Below, piece by piece: positions 9,953-18,928 of a stretch of 64,000 bases of DNA. Position numbers and translations under genes: made by a program. Location: the NCBI GenBank assembly GCA_003165235.1, contig PLSV01000201.1, positions 1,488 through 65,487 of the forward strand, in the 5' to 3' direction. Source of the DNA: Syntrophobacteraceae bacterium (GTDB lineage Bacteria > Desulfobacterota > Syntrophobacteria > Syntrophobacterales > Syntrophobacteraceae). The notes under the pieces are model-generated. The model made no database searches. It was given only the letters and a program-made list of their open reading frames with translations, and was not told the DNA's origin. Every line of letters starts with the position of its first letter. The first letter of the stretch is position 1.

Positions 9953-10968
9953 CAGCGTGTTTTCTCCGGTGTGTTATGCAGGCCACTGCACCCTTTGGCG
10001 CCGGCGCCCCTCGACTGCCGCCACCACGCAACCAATCGCTCAAGACCGTCCTTGAGATCTACCTCTGCGCTGAATCCCAGGGCGCTATGAGCCTTCCGCG
10101 TGTCCAACAACCTTCGGGCCACGGCATTAACGGAGCGTTGCGGTCCGTATTGGGGCGCCAGACCAGACCCCATCACAGCAACCAGAGATCGAACGAGATC
10201 GTCGAGGCTGGTTTCGGCACCGCTTGCGATATTGAAGACCTCATCGGTCGCCTCGCTCAGGGCGGCGAGAATGTTGGCGCGGGCGACATCGGAAACGAAA
10301 ATGAAGTCCATAGTCTGGCGTCCGTCGCCGAAGATCAGGGGCGGCAGACCTGAGTCTATGCGCTCCATCCATCGGACGATCACCTCGGTGTACCGGCCCA
10401 CGGTATCCATACGAGGCCCGTAGACGTTGGAATACCTGAGGGCGAGGTAGTCGAGACCGTACATCTCGTGAAAGCACCGAAGGAGGCTCTCGGTGAAAGC
10501 TTTGCCTGCTCCGTAAAGCGTCCTGTTGGCGTAAGAATGATGCTCCTCGGGGGTCGGAAACTTCTCCGCCATGCCGTAAACGGACGCTGAGGACGCTGCG
10601 ACAATCTTCCGCACTCCGGCGATTCGTGCAGCATCAACTACGTTGAAGGTCCCATCCACCAGCACCTCGAGCCCCAATCTGGGGTCTTCTGCACACTGGG
10701 TGATGCGGGCGGCCTCTTCGTGGAAGACGATATCCACCCCTTGCATTGCATCGAGAACTGCTTTGGCGTCACGGATGTCCGCAGCCACGATCCTAACCGG
10801 CCCGTGCCCCACAGCCCAAGCCAGGTTTGAAAGCTGTCCTCTGGCAAAGTTGTCGAAGATCACAATCTCGCCAACTCCCATCCCGACAAGCAGATCGGCA
10901 ATAGCCGAGCCGATCAGCCCCGCTCCGCCCGTGATGAGAATGCGCGCTCCCTGAAGGTCAATCGCCAC
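9952..10968 (-). CDS. NAD-dependent NDP-sugar epimerase/dehydratase (extended SDR)
   Basis: ILITGGAGLIGS glycine-rich motif, YGAGKAFTE (YxxxK), 338 aa; stop overlaps the DegT start by 1 nt. Confidence 0.8.
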   Translation of the reverse strand: MAIDLQGARILITGGAGLIGSAIADLLVGMGVGEIVIFDNFARGQLSNLAWAVGHGPVRIVAADIRDAKAVLDAMQGVDIVFHEEAARITQCAEDPRLGLEVLVDGTFNVVDAARIAGVRKIVAASSASVYGMAEKFPTPEEHHSYANRTLYGAGKAFTESLLRCFHEMYGLDYLALRYSNVYGPRMDTVGRYTEVIVRWMERIDSGLPPLIFGDGRQTMDFIFVSDVARANILAALSEATDEVFNIASGAETSLDDLVRSLVAVMGSGLAPQYGPQRSVNAVARRLLDTRKAHSALGFSAEVDLKDGLERLVAWWRQSRGAGAKGCSGLHNTPEKTR

Positions 10969-11121
10969 AGCTCACCACTCCTGTCGGGGCAATGCAGCAG
11001 CGCCAAAGCGACAGCGCGTTTTCCACAGCGTCTTCGACACAACCATTCGCTTCGATCCCTCAATGAGCATGGGGTGTGCATTCCCTGCAGAATCTGTCAT
11101 GGAACGCGTTTCCCTTCGATT

Positions 11122-12222
11122 TCATTGGTCTTCGCCCGATTGCGAATGCCCGGCTCGCGTCCGGCGCGGAACTGGAATGGAAAGCGCCATACCAAATCCC
11201 GAGGCTACCGCTGCGGCGATAGCCGCATCACGGCTCGCAGGTCTTCCGATCTGCGAGATCCTCGCGCGCGCCATCACCTCTCCGACCTTCAGACCCCCGG
11301 ATTGCAGGCGAATGATGGGCTCCGGGCCCAGACTGGATAACAAAATGCCTTGATGGCCCGGGGGCGGAGGCTCCAGGGGCCAGAAAGGCACACCCTGGCA
11401 AGCCAGCGCCCCGCGATCCATGTCACCCCAAAACTGAGCCACTACAGCGGTGGGATACCCCTGCCCAATAACCGCCGCCTCGCGCCTCCCGACAACGGGT
11501 TGAGCCTTTGGCCTCAGCGCAACCAGAATCGCATCGGCGCCGAGCGCCTCTTCGCCATCCTCCAGCCTCTCGACACTTTCGACAACCGCGCCGGCCAGCG
11601 TGAGACCCTTCACCAGAAACGGACGAAATAAGTTGTCACACCAGACCAATATCCGGCTGCCGTGGACGGCGATTTCAGCGTCCAACAGCATTTTGACCGC
11701 CATAATTCCGAGGTAAGAAAATACATCGACTGCCGGATGGCGCTCATTGGTTCCCGCGACCGGGATATCGAGACGCCTGCATGCCTCGAGATCCACATCA
11801 CCGGAGCGGAACTCCCACGCCTCGAACATCAGCGGGATGACCGCAGTCGGCTTCATGCACCGAACCATGCCGGCATCGATGGGACGGACGTGGCCGCTAT
11901 TGGTGACGATGTCGGCCTGGCCGACAATATCGGACCGCTTCTCAGAGATTATCTCGATTCGTTCGGAGACGGCCGCCATCCGGGCCAGGCCGGTTGTCTC
12001 CCGCTCGATCTCCTCGATGGTTCCATAGCTCGAGGGGCGAGCCACGGCGAAGACCTTCTTCGCCCCGGCCAGCGCCGCCAATACAGGCGTCACCACCCAG
12101 GCGTCCGAAGCCGCTTCCGTGAGGACCACCATCCCGGAGAGATCGAGCCGGCAACGCCGGACCGCGGCGCGCATCAGGTTCGACAATCGCTCGGGGCGTA
12201 ATCCGGGACGCGAGATCTTCAT
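11122..12222 (-). CDS. hypothetical protein, possible Rossmann-like fold
   Basis: ATG at 12222 (M9 of track ORF) overlaps the stop of the upstream 123-aa ORF as ATGA. No family recognised by eye; beta-alpha pattern VVLTEAASDAWVVTPVLAALAGAKKVFAV ... ADIVTNSG. Confidence 0.5.
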   Translation of the reverse strand: MKISRPGLRPERLSNLMRAAVRRCRLDLSGMVVLTEAASDAWVVTPVLAALAGAKKVFAVARPSSYGTIEEIERETTGLARMAAVSERIEIISEKRSDIVGQADIVTNSGHVRPIDAGMVRCMKPTAVIPLMFEAWEFRSGDVDLEACRRLDIPVAGTNERHPAVDVFSYLGIMAVKMLLDAEIAVHGSRILVWCDNLFRPFLVKGLTLAGAVVESVERLEDGEEALGADAILVALRPKAQPVVGRREAAVIGQGYPTAVVAQFWGDMDRGALACQGVPFWPLEPPPPGHQGILLSSLGPEPIIRLQSGGLKVGEVMARARISQIGRPASRDAAIAAAVASGFGMALSIPVPRRTRAGHSQSGEDQ

Positions 12223-12590
12223 CTCGCTCTTGCCCGTGCTACCCATAAAAATGTATGGAGCGCTCCGTCCAATATGCAGCGAATAGCGTGGTTGGCAAAA
12301 AGGGGTCGAAGAGAGTCTTCAGCAACATCATCCTCACTCCACCCAATGACTATTGGTTCAAAGTGCGGATAATCATTCTGTCGGATTGTCTTGACGGCGA
12401 TAACACCTCCATTGCGGGTGGAAGTCACAACCGTTACCGGCGGAGCATCCGTTTTGTTCATCCTCGCACCCGACCGTTTTCCAATCAAAGATGGCAGACT
12501 ACCAAAATGCTCAAAAATGTCAATATAATGAACTCCGTCGAGATGCAGGAGGGTTTCCTCTTTTTCAATATGTTGGGCATTCCAATTCAT
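12219..12590 (-). CDS. hypothetical protein (123 aa)
   Basis: Open frame on the operon strand, ATGA coupling to the downstream ORF; no motif recognised. Confidence 0.4.
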   Translation of the reverse strand: MNWNAQHIEKEETLLHLDGVHYIDIFEHFGSLPSLIGKRSGARMNKTDAPPVTVVTSTRNGGVIAVKTIRQNDYPHFEPIVIGWSEDDVAEDSLRPLFANHAIRCILDGALHTFLWVARARAR

Positions 12591-12609
12591 CGCCGGGGGT
12601 GTGCGAAAC

Positions 12610-13221
12610 TCAAGTAAAGTAAGTATACACTACTGCTTTCCGGCCCTTGTAGACTTCGATACTTCTGATCCGTTTTGCTCCCAGCTTTTCATAGAACCGC
12701 TGCGCATGCAGAAGCGCTTCGCCCGTGGTGATTTTGAACTCTGCAATACCTCTTTCAGACAGCATGGACGAGAATGCATGAAACAGGAGTTGAGCCAATC
12801 CGGCGCCTCGATGTTGCTCTGCCAGCGCAATGGCGATGAGCTCTGCTTTGGGAAGATCCCGTAAATCCTTCTTCAAGGGATAGACCAGCGTTTCGCATAT
12901 CTTTATGATTCGCTTCAGCGAAAACAACTTCGGAAAGAGCGCAATCACTGCCGAAAAAGATTTGCGCACCAGGAAGTCCCTGTAAAATGCTCCAGTATTA
13001 AGCGCCCCCAACGCAAATCCACATACTGGTCCGTTGGCGCCATCTTTGGCTATCAGCAGAACTCCGGCGCAGGAAGCGCACGCAAAGGAAAAAACCATCT
13101 CCAAAGCCCGGTCACCCAGCGTGCCTAGAAATCCCTGTCGCATCTCCCGCCTGTGAATTACAGCGGCCTGAAGCACTTCTTCTCTGGTGATGTTCTCTGC
13201 ACATATTACATAATTCGGCAT
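12610..13221 (-). CDS. GNAT-family N-acetyltransferase
   Basis: Acetyl-CoA binding region IAIALAEQHRGAGLAQLL and C-terminal RFYEKLGAK typical of GNAT. Confidence 0.75.
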   Translation of the reverse strand: MPNYVICAENITREEVLQAAVIHRREMRQGFLGTLGDRALEMVFSFACASCAGVLLIAKDGANGPVCGFALGALNTGAFYRDFLVRKSFSAVIALFPKLFSLKRIIKICETLVYPLKKDLRDLPKAELIAIALAEQHRGAGLAQLLFHAFSSMLSERGIAEFKITTGEALLHAQRFYEKLGAKRIRSIEVYKGRKAVVYTYFT

Positions 13222-13254
13222 TGCTGTCCCTGCCGCACCTGTTCGAAGCGGAGA

Positions 13255-14184
13255 TCACCCATTGCGCCGTTTTCCATAGATCTGCCTGACGATGGTGAGA
13301 GGCCGGCGTTTTGTTTCGGAAAAAGTTTTTGAAAGATAGATGCCCACTACCCCAACACATGAGATAACCATCCCGCCGATTAACCATAGGGAGGCCATAA
13401 GAGAAGCCCACCCGCTCAAGGTCCCGGAAAACAACATCCTGTTAACGACCAGACAGGCGATGCAGATGCACGCTGCAAAAGATATGATGGCGCCGATATA
13501 AAAGATCGCGATCAGCGGCGCATTGCTGAACAAAGTTATGGAAGTTATGGCCAATGAAATCTTTCGCCGAAGAGTATAAGTTGTCTTGCTGGAACTGTGC
13601 TTATGGACCACATGGGGTTGCTGGGCGAACCCGGTGATATATAAGAGTCCGAAGAGGAATACTTCTCTATCTTCAAACTGCAACAGCGCGTCGACATAAC
13701 GCCTGGTCATGAGACGGGCGGTAACCATGTTCTCAGGCAATTCCATTCCGGCAAAAAGGCGAAACAACCGGTAAAACCACGTCCCGGACCACCGCTCGAA
13801 AAGCCCGCCCTTCCGCTTGTCTTGAATGCCGTAGACCACGTCGCAGCGTTCACGCCGCAGTTGTTCGGCAAACCTCAACAGCCACTCGGGTTCCTCCTCA
13901 AGGTCGCTCTCGATTATGAACACCAAATCTCCACGGGTGTGCGCAAGGCCTGTCATAATCGCCTTGTGCTCTCCGAAGTTGCGCGAAAGATCCACCACGC
14001 TGACATGGTCATCGAGTTCCGAGAGCTGAACTGCACGGTCCAGGGAATCGTCGGGCGATCCGTCGTTCACCAGGATTATTTCGTAGTCCTCAGCCAATCT
14101 GAGTGCGGTATCGGTGATGCGGTGATAAAGTTCGTCGATGTAAGCCGCTGACTGGTAAAGAGTCGAAACGATAGAAAGGCTCAT
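13255..14184 (-). CDS. GT2 polyprenyl-phosphate glycosyltransferase (ArnC/GtrB-like)
   Basis: ATG at 14184 (M31 of track ORF). LSIVSTLYQ, IILVNDGSPDDS, RNFGEHKA, IIESDLEE, followed by two C-terminal TM helices: architecture of ArnC/GtrB/DPM1-type enzymes. Confidence 0.8.
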   Translation of the reverse strand: MSLSIVSTLYQSAAYIDELYHRITDTALRLAEDYEIILVNDGSPDDSLDRAVQLSELDDHVSVVDLSRNFGEHKAIMTGLAHTRGDLVFIIESDLEEEPEWLLRFAEQLRRERCDVVYGIQDKRKGGLFERWSGTWFYRLFRLFAGMELPENMVTARLMTRRYVDALLQFEDREVFLFGLLYITGFAQQPHVVHKHSSSKTTYTLRRKISLAITSITLFSNAPLIAIFYIGAIISFAACICIACLVVNRMLFSGTLSGWASLMASLWLIGGMVISCVGVVGIYLSKTFSETKRRPLTIVRQIYGKRRNG

Positions 14185-14376
14185 GGCAGACTTTATCTCA
14201 TATGGCGCGGCGCGCCCGCGCCGCTGTTGAGCAACAGATCCGGAACCAAGACGCCATGCTCGAATTCCCCCCAACGCCGGGGATATTCCGGACAGCCCGA
14301 GTAATCAAACCGGGTAAAATGAGATCGAAACAGCCTTTCCATGGAATGCGGCTGGATTGGACAATGGCGATTTTCT

Positions 14377-14886
14377 TCACTGCGTCGCCTTCCTCATCCT
14401 GTAGATCCTTAATGTCTTGGGATAGAGCGGCTCATCTATCTGCTCGAAATTCCGCCTGATGTATTGGTCGATGAGCGGGTGCGTGTTTTGGAAACGCAGT
14501 TCCTCTCTTCCGTCAAGGGCTGCATCCCAAACTATAGCAAATCCCGGCTCGGCATCCTCGATGCGTTGAATCTCCCTCTGCTGAAACGTGGAGTTTCTAG
14601 GATTCAGCGCATGGATTTCCCAGACGGGCGCCTTGCGCTCCAGGACTGCGTAGGCCCCCGGCCAAAAAGGAACAGCGAGGAAAGTGCGCCCATCGGGACA
14701 GTATTCCATGGCAAGAGACCTGAGCAGGGCTATATTGTTTGCTGTTGCTTGGTCTGTCTTGATCGTATCCCGGCCCAGCCGGACGTTTTCCCCACCTCCC
14801 AGCCCATGCCAGGCGCGATGCTCCGGCAACATTACGACCAGGCTCACGGCAAGCAGCAATGCGATTACCGGGATTCTCACCTTCAT
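14377..14886 (-). CDS. C-terminal (periplasmic-domain) part of the ArnT-like GT-C, or separate anchored protein
   Basis: 169 aa: one N-terminal TM helix (IPVIALLLAVSLVVML) then a soluble domain. Same frame as 14899..15894, separated by TAG plus 4 codons; joined length 505 codons. Confidence 0.5.
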   Translation of the reverse strand: MKVRIPVIALLLAVSLVVMLPEHRAWHGLGGGENVRLGRDTIKTDQATANNIALLRSLAMEYCPDGRTFLAVPFWPGAYAVLERKAPVWEIHALNPRNSTFQQREIQRIEDAEPGFAIVWDAALDGREELRFQNTHPLIDQYIRRNFEQIDEPLYPKTLRIYRMRKATQ

Positions 14887-14898
14887 GGAACTTGCCGC

Positions 14899-15894
14899 CT
14901 AGATTGCAAGGACCCCTATTAGAAACGGAAAAATCGCCTGCGCCAGATGCTCGACATCCGCACGAGCAAATGCGTGATGCATATAAGGCAGGATCAGGAA
15001 AGCCGCTGCAGCGGCGGCAGGGGGTATGGCCCTATCTTTGAAGCGCGCATAAATCACATATATTACGCCTGCCAGGCCTGACAAGGGCAGCGCGATATAC
15101 AAGGCGCCGATCATAAGGCTTCGTAGGCCGATTGGCGGCCGCCAGGGCCATGGAACGGGGAGCGGCAGATTCGTGCTCTGACGCTCGAAGATGAAACGAA
15201 CGTCCTCCCAAAATGCTCCCGCAAGTCCAGGCACGAAAGCCAATGCAAGCAGCATCGGCATGTAACCGACCATTATGCCGGCGGCCCACCATCCCAAGGC
15301 CGAAAGAAGCCTCAGTCTTCCATGGTTGAACACCGCCAGGAAGACGATAACGCCAAAGCCGCCAATAAGGCCATACAGCCCGTGATTACGCCCAAACACT
15401 GCTGCAAGCCCGAGGACCAATCCACTGACAAAACAGCGGCGGCGTGAGGGCCGCTCGATCAGGTGCGCGAGCACAGCGACCAGGGCGATCGATGTCGTGA
15501 TGTCAAATGTCTTGTAAGGTGTGAAAATCCAGAGGACCAATATCCCCGCAACGGGCAGCATCACAAGAATATCGTCTTCCGGGCGCGAGCGCGCAATGAC
15601 TACGAGGGCAAGAAAGAGCCCGAGTCCTGCAAAGATGCTGGTCGCCAATCTCAGGGCCATTATCCCGTTATCGCCCATCAAGCCCATGACGGCGGCAGAC
15701 AAGTAGTATCTGCCCAAATCATAAGCCATGAAGTCCCTGATGGGCACATCCCCCAGCAATGTCCGCTGGACGCCGTACCAGAGGAAACCTTCGTCCGCGA
15801 GGAGAACACCGTTGAAATAGCGCTGAATCGGCCACCGCGCGGCCATTATCAATGCGGCAAGCAACCCGAGGGCCAAGTATCTTTTAGCCCGCAC
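14899..15894 (-). CDS. GT-C (ArnT/PMT_2-like) glycosyltransferase, polytopic N-terminal part; ends at an in-frame TAG
   Basis: 331 aa with roughly 9-10 hydrophobic helices and an early acidic loop LLADEGFLWY as in GT-C enzymes. Terminates at TAG 14899-14901 in the same frame as the next ORF. Confidence 0.6.
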   Translation of the reverse strand: MRAKRYLALGLLAALIMAARWPIQRYFNGVLLADEGFLWYGVQRTLLGDVPIRDFMAYDLGRYYLSAAVMGLMGDNGIMALRLATSIFAGLGLFLALVVIARSRPEDDILVMLPVAGILVLWIFTPYKTFDITTSIALVAVLAHLIERPSRRRCFVSGLVLGLAAVFGRNHGLYGLIGGFGVIVFLAVFNHGRLRLLSALGWWAAGIMVGYMPMLLALAFVPGLAGAFWEDVRFIFERQSTNLPLPVPWPWRPPIGLRSLMIGALYIALPLSGLAGVIYVIYARFKDRAIPPAAAAAAFLILPYMHHAFARADVEHLAQAIFPFLIGVLAI

Positions 15895-15981
15895 TGTGAA
15901 TACCTTTTCAATGGAAAGCTATGCGCTCGTACAAGCTCAAAATCATAGCGGCATCCCAATCGGCTCGGCTGCACCAAGCCC

Positions 15982-16365
15982 TTACTGGCTTCGAATCACG
16001 AAAAAAACCCCCGAACAAATGAGCAGCACGCCGGCCACCCTGCAGAGGTTAACCGGCTCGTTGAATAGAAAGCGGCCAACAAACAGGGTCCCGATATAGG
16101 TCAGGCTCACCATCGGAAATGCTACGCTGAAATCCAGTTTCGACAGCACCTCCAGCCAAAGAATTGCACTTACGCCGTAAAGAGCAAATCCGATAAGAAT
16201 GTAGGGCGCCGCCATAAACTTGCGGATTAAACCGGCAATGCCGATCTCGAGGACCGGCATGCCCCCCGACCGCACGATCGCCAGTTTCATGAGTGTTTGG
16301 CCGCCAATCACCAAGAGTATGCAAATTGCCGCCAGCATGAGAGCGTGCAGATTCAACCTGTGCAT
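15982..16365 (-). CDS. EamA/SMR-like small membrane protein, ArnE/ArnF-like flippase subunit
   Basis: 127 aa, four hydrophobic helices, EamA-like pattern; located beside the ArnC-like and ArnT-like genes. Confidence 0.7.
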   Translation of the reverse strand: MHRLNLHALMLAAICILLVIGGQTLMKLAIVRSGGMPVLEIGIAGLIRKFMAAPYILIGFALYGVSAILWLEVLSKLDFSVAFPMVSLTYIGTLFVGRFLFNEPVNLCRVAGVLLICSGVFFVIRSQ

Positions 16366-16524
16366 AAGATAAAAGCTCCTCTATTCCCTGATCCAAGTTA
16401 GGCAGGCCTTAACCGGCAGGCCGCCCCTTCCAGTTGATGGTTCCTCTACCATTTTCAGCAACCGTTGGCAAGGAACGAGTCCGCAAGGTTCCTGAGTGCG
16501 CTTTGGCCTTCACGCGGCATCGAC

Positions 16525-17370
16525 TCAAGAGGAGGGGACATCGCCCACTTCAAATGACAGCATTTTCTGGCCCCTTGGATGTCCCCACTCGCCGATCAGG
16601 CTGACCTGGACTCCTGCGGCGCGGGCCATCATCCGGCATTCTTCGATCGAGTAGTGATACGGGTCCGAGTCATAGTTGGTCTGGATGTCCCCGGGCATAT
16701 GCGTGACCCGCTCAAGGTGGGCGGAGGATGGGGCTTCGAAAAATGTTGCGAAGAACCGGCCCCCGGGAGAAAGCGCCTTCCGGATTTCGACCAGACAGCG
16801 AATTACGTGGTTCATGGGCAGATGCGTGAAGACCGAGAGGGCGATTGCATAGTTGAACGTCCTGCCAAACCGGCTGAATTCGAACTTATCGTTTACCATG
16901 AGATTGGGCCGCTTTCCCGTAAGCCCTTCTCTTTCGATCTCTATCTGCCCGGCTTTTATAAGCGAAGCGTTGATGTCCAGCCCAAAGTAGTTACCGGCCT
17001 CAAGGTAGCGTATGCAGGGAATCCCCCCTCTCAGGCACCCACACCCGACATCGAGGAGAAGGTGATCGCTCTTCAGGCCATATCGCTTTAGGAAGTCTAA
17101 CTGCTGCGCGCCAATTTCATCCCACAAGCCGCCTACGAACTGGCGGTGCTCGTTCTTGCGGATCTGCCTGTCTGTGAGTTGTCTCCCGTATTCATTGACG
17201 CCATCGATTTGATTTTGCGACCCCCCGGATGGAGCTTCGCCGGAAGCTTTTGCTTTGGTGCGGCGCTGCCTTATGGAGCACCCTAATTTTTGTGCAAGCA
17301 ACAGCAAGAGTGCTCCTGTAATAGATGAAACCAGCGCAATCGTGAAAAAGCCGCACGAGTTGATCGACAT
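16525..17370 (-). CDS. class I SAM-dependent methyltransferase with N-terminal TM helix
   Basis: FFTIALVSSITGALLLLLA anchor; motif I LLLDVGCGCLRGG, post-I YFGLDIN. Confidence 0.75.
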   Translation of the reverse strand: MSINSCGFFTIALVSSITGALLLLLAQKLGCSIRQRRTKAKASGEAPSGGSQNQIDGVNEYGRQLTDRQIRKNEHRQFVGGLWDEIGAQQLDFLKRYGLKSDHLLLDVGCGCLRGGIPCIRYLEAGNYFGLDINASLIKAGQIEIEREGLTGKRPNLMVNDKFEFSRFGRTFNYAIALSVFTHLPMNHVIRCLVEIRKALSPGGRFFATFFEAPSSAHLERVTHMPGDIQTNYDSDPYHYSIEECRMMARAAGVQVSLIGEWGHPRGQKMLSFEVGDVPSS

Positions 17371-17686
17371 TGATGCTCCTGAATCGACGAAAATGGCCGC
17401 ACACTACGTGAAGGTCAGGATCTGAATAATGGCTCAAACTGACCACCAACGAATCCCGAAGCGCATTTCGCGGGTCGGATTCCATCTTAGAAAGCTCTTG
17501 AGACGCGCAGAACCCATAAATCATAGGATATCCCAATCAAATCCTCAAGCATTATAGACCGGGTATTCCTCCAAGTAGAGCAGGAAGCCGGCTCGGCACG
17601 GCTTATCCTGCATCCCCTCGTCCGAAACCCGCTTTTCGTCCATCAAGCGTTACAGAAGATGAATTCCAGAGAACAGTGAGAACTGA

Positions 17687-18706
17687 TCAGCACCCGGGGA
17701 GAGTTTTTTGAAAGAGAGGGTACTTAATGGAGACTTTCAACTTTTGAGCGATCCATTTGCCAAGTCCTTCCGCCTTGTTGCAACCATACAAAAATAATGG
17801 AAAGAAAGCGATGGAGATCGCCAGATTGGTCAGGGATCTGTTGGGGAATCCGACGCCATCGATCATTTTGAAGTAGAGCATGTGGAAAAGGTAAATTGAA
17901 TAGGAGATGCTGCCGAGATAGGCAAAGACACGAAACTTTATTACGTACCTGATGGCATGGATGAAAACGAGAGCTAAAGCGGGAAGAGGCATAATATAAA
18001 AGAACAGGCTGTTCTTGACGGAGTATTTAAGCAGCATCATGAAACCGAAAGTTGAAACCAGAAGAAGGCAAAAAGCCAGCTTTGCAGCTATTGGATGCTT
18101 TACTCGTGCAGGATTGAGAAAACACGGCAACAAGAGTCCAAGTGTAAACAATAGTATATAAATAAAGTAAAAGCCTCTCCACCCAGTATCCAAGAAGCTC
18201 AGAAGCTTTATGGTGATCTGGCCGGCATACCCCAGGCAAGGCAAGCAGTTGATTCCTGTAAACGCCAGAATGACGACTACAATCAATATTGCTTTATTTT
18301 TCCGCATACCTGAAAAGATGAGAGGCGCCAGAGCATAGCATTGCAGCAGTGTGGGTATGAACCAGAAATGGTCTGGGGCATGAAGGCCGAGGAGGGCCAG
18401 AGGGAAAGGTTTTCCGGAAACAAGCAAAGCGATCCAGAAAAGCGGAAAGATGCGGATCGCTCTGTCACGATAGAACAGGAACAAAGCTTTTTTTGAAAAA
18501 GTGGTTTCACCGGGCAAGGCGTTACTCAAAGAGTAGTACAAGCCATACCCGCCGGCCATGTAGAAAAGCGCAACGAATAGATTCGCAAAGCCGCTGGCGT
18601 CAACCGAAAAATGCGTGATGACATAGTGATTTATGAGTACCGAGGATATGGCGATTCCCTTGATAGTATCGGTCACAGGCCGAGTATCGGGGTTGAGGCG
18701 TTCCAT
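17687..18706 (-). CDS. acyltransferase family 3 (membrane O-acyltransferase)
   Basis: 339 aa, about 10 hydrophobic helices, N-terminal GIAISSVLINH region typical of acyltransferase_3; visibly lower GC than flanking genes. Confidence 0.7.
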   Translation of the reverse strand: MERLNPDTRPVTDTIKGIAISSVLINHYVITHFSVDASGFANLFVALFYMAGGYGLYYSLSNALPGETTFSKKALFLFYRDRAIRIFPLFWIALLVSGKPFPLALLGLHAPDHFWFIPTLLQCYALAPLIFSGMRKNKAILIVVVILAFTGINCLPCLGYAGQITIKLLSFLDTGWRGFYFIYILLFTLGLLLPCFLNPARVKHPIAAKLAFCLLLVSTFGFMMLLKYSVKNSLFFYIMPLPALALVFIHAIRYVIKFRVFAYLGSISYSIYLFHMLYFKMIDGVGFPNRSLTNLAISIAFFPLFLYGCNKAEGLGKWIAQKLKVSIKYPLFQKTLPGC

Positions 18707-18928
18707 AAAAAGTCCTTTGGCGATAATTTCGGGAATCTGCCACGGAAACGGATGCTTAGATAGATATCAGTCCTGGAGGAAGGGCGCCACAATGATCATG
18801 CAAGCAACAGGTCAATGAGACTGTTTTTTGCCATTTCGACATCAGCCGGGATAATTCATGCCAGTTTTGAGTCGTAAGTTTTGAGTTTTTAGACTCAATG
18901 CAAAATTAGAAACCAAAAAACTGCGCCT

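Noticed and set aside
14899-14901. Reading the in-frame TAG as pyrrolysine or programmed read-through
   Set aside because: No pyl genes or read-through context are visible in the window, and the protein family has no precedent for Pyl. A nonsense mutation, split gene or sequencing error is more parsimonious.
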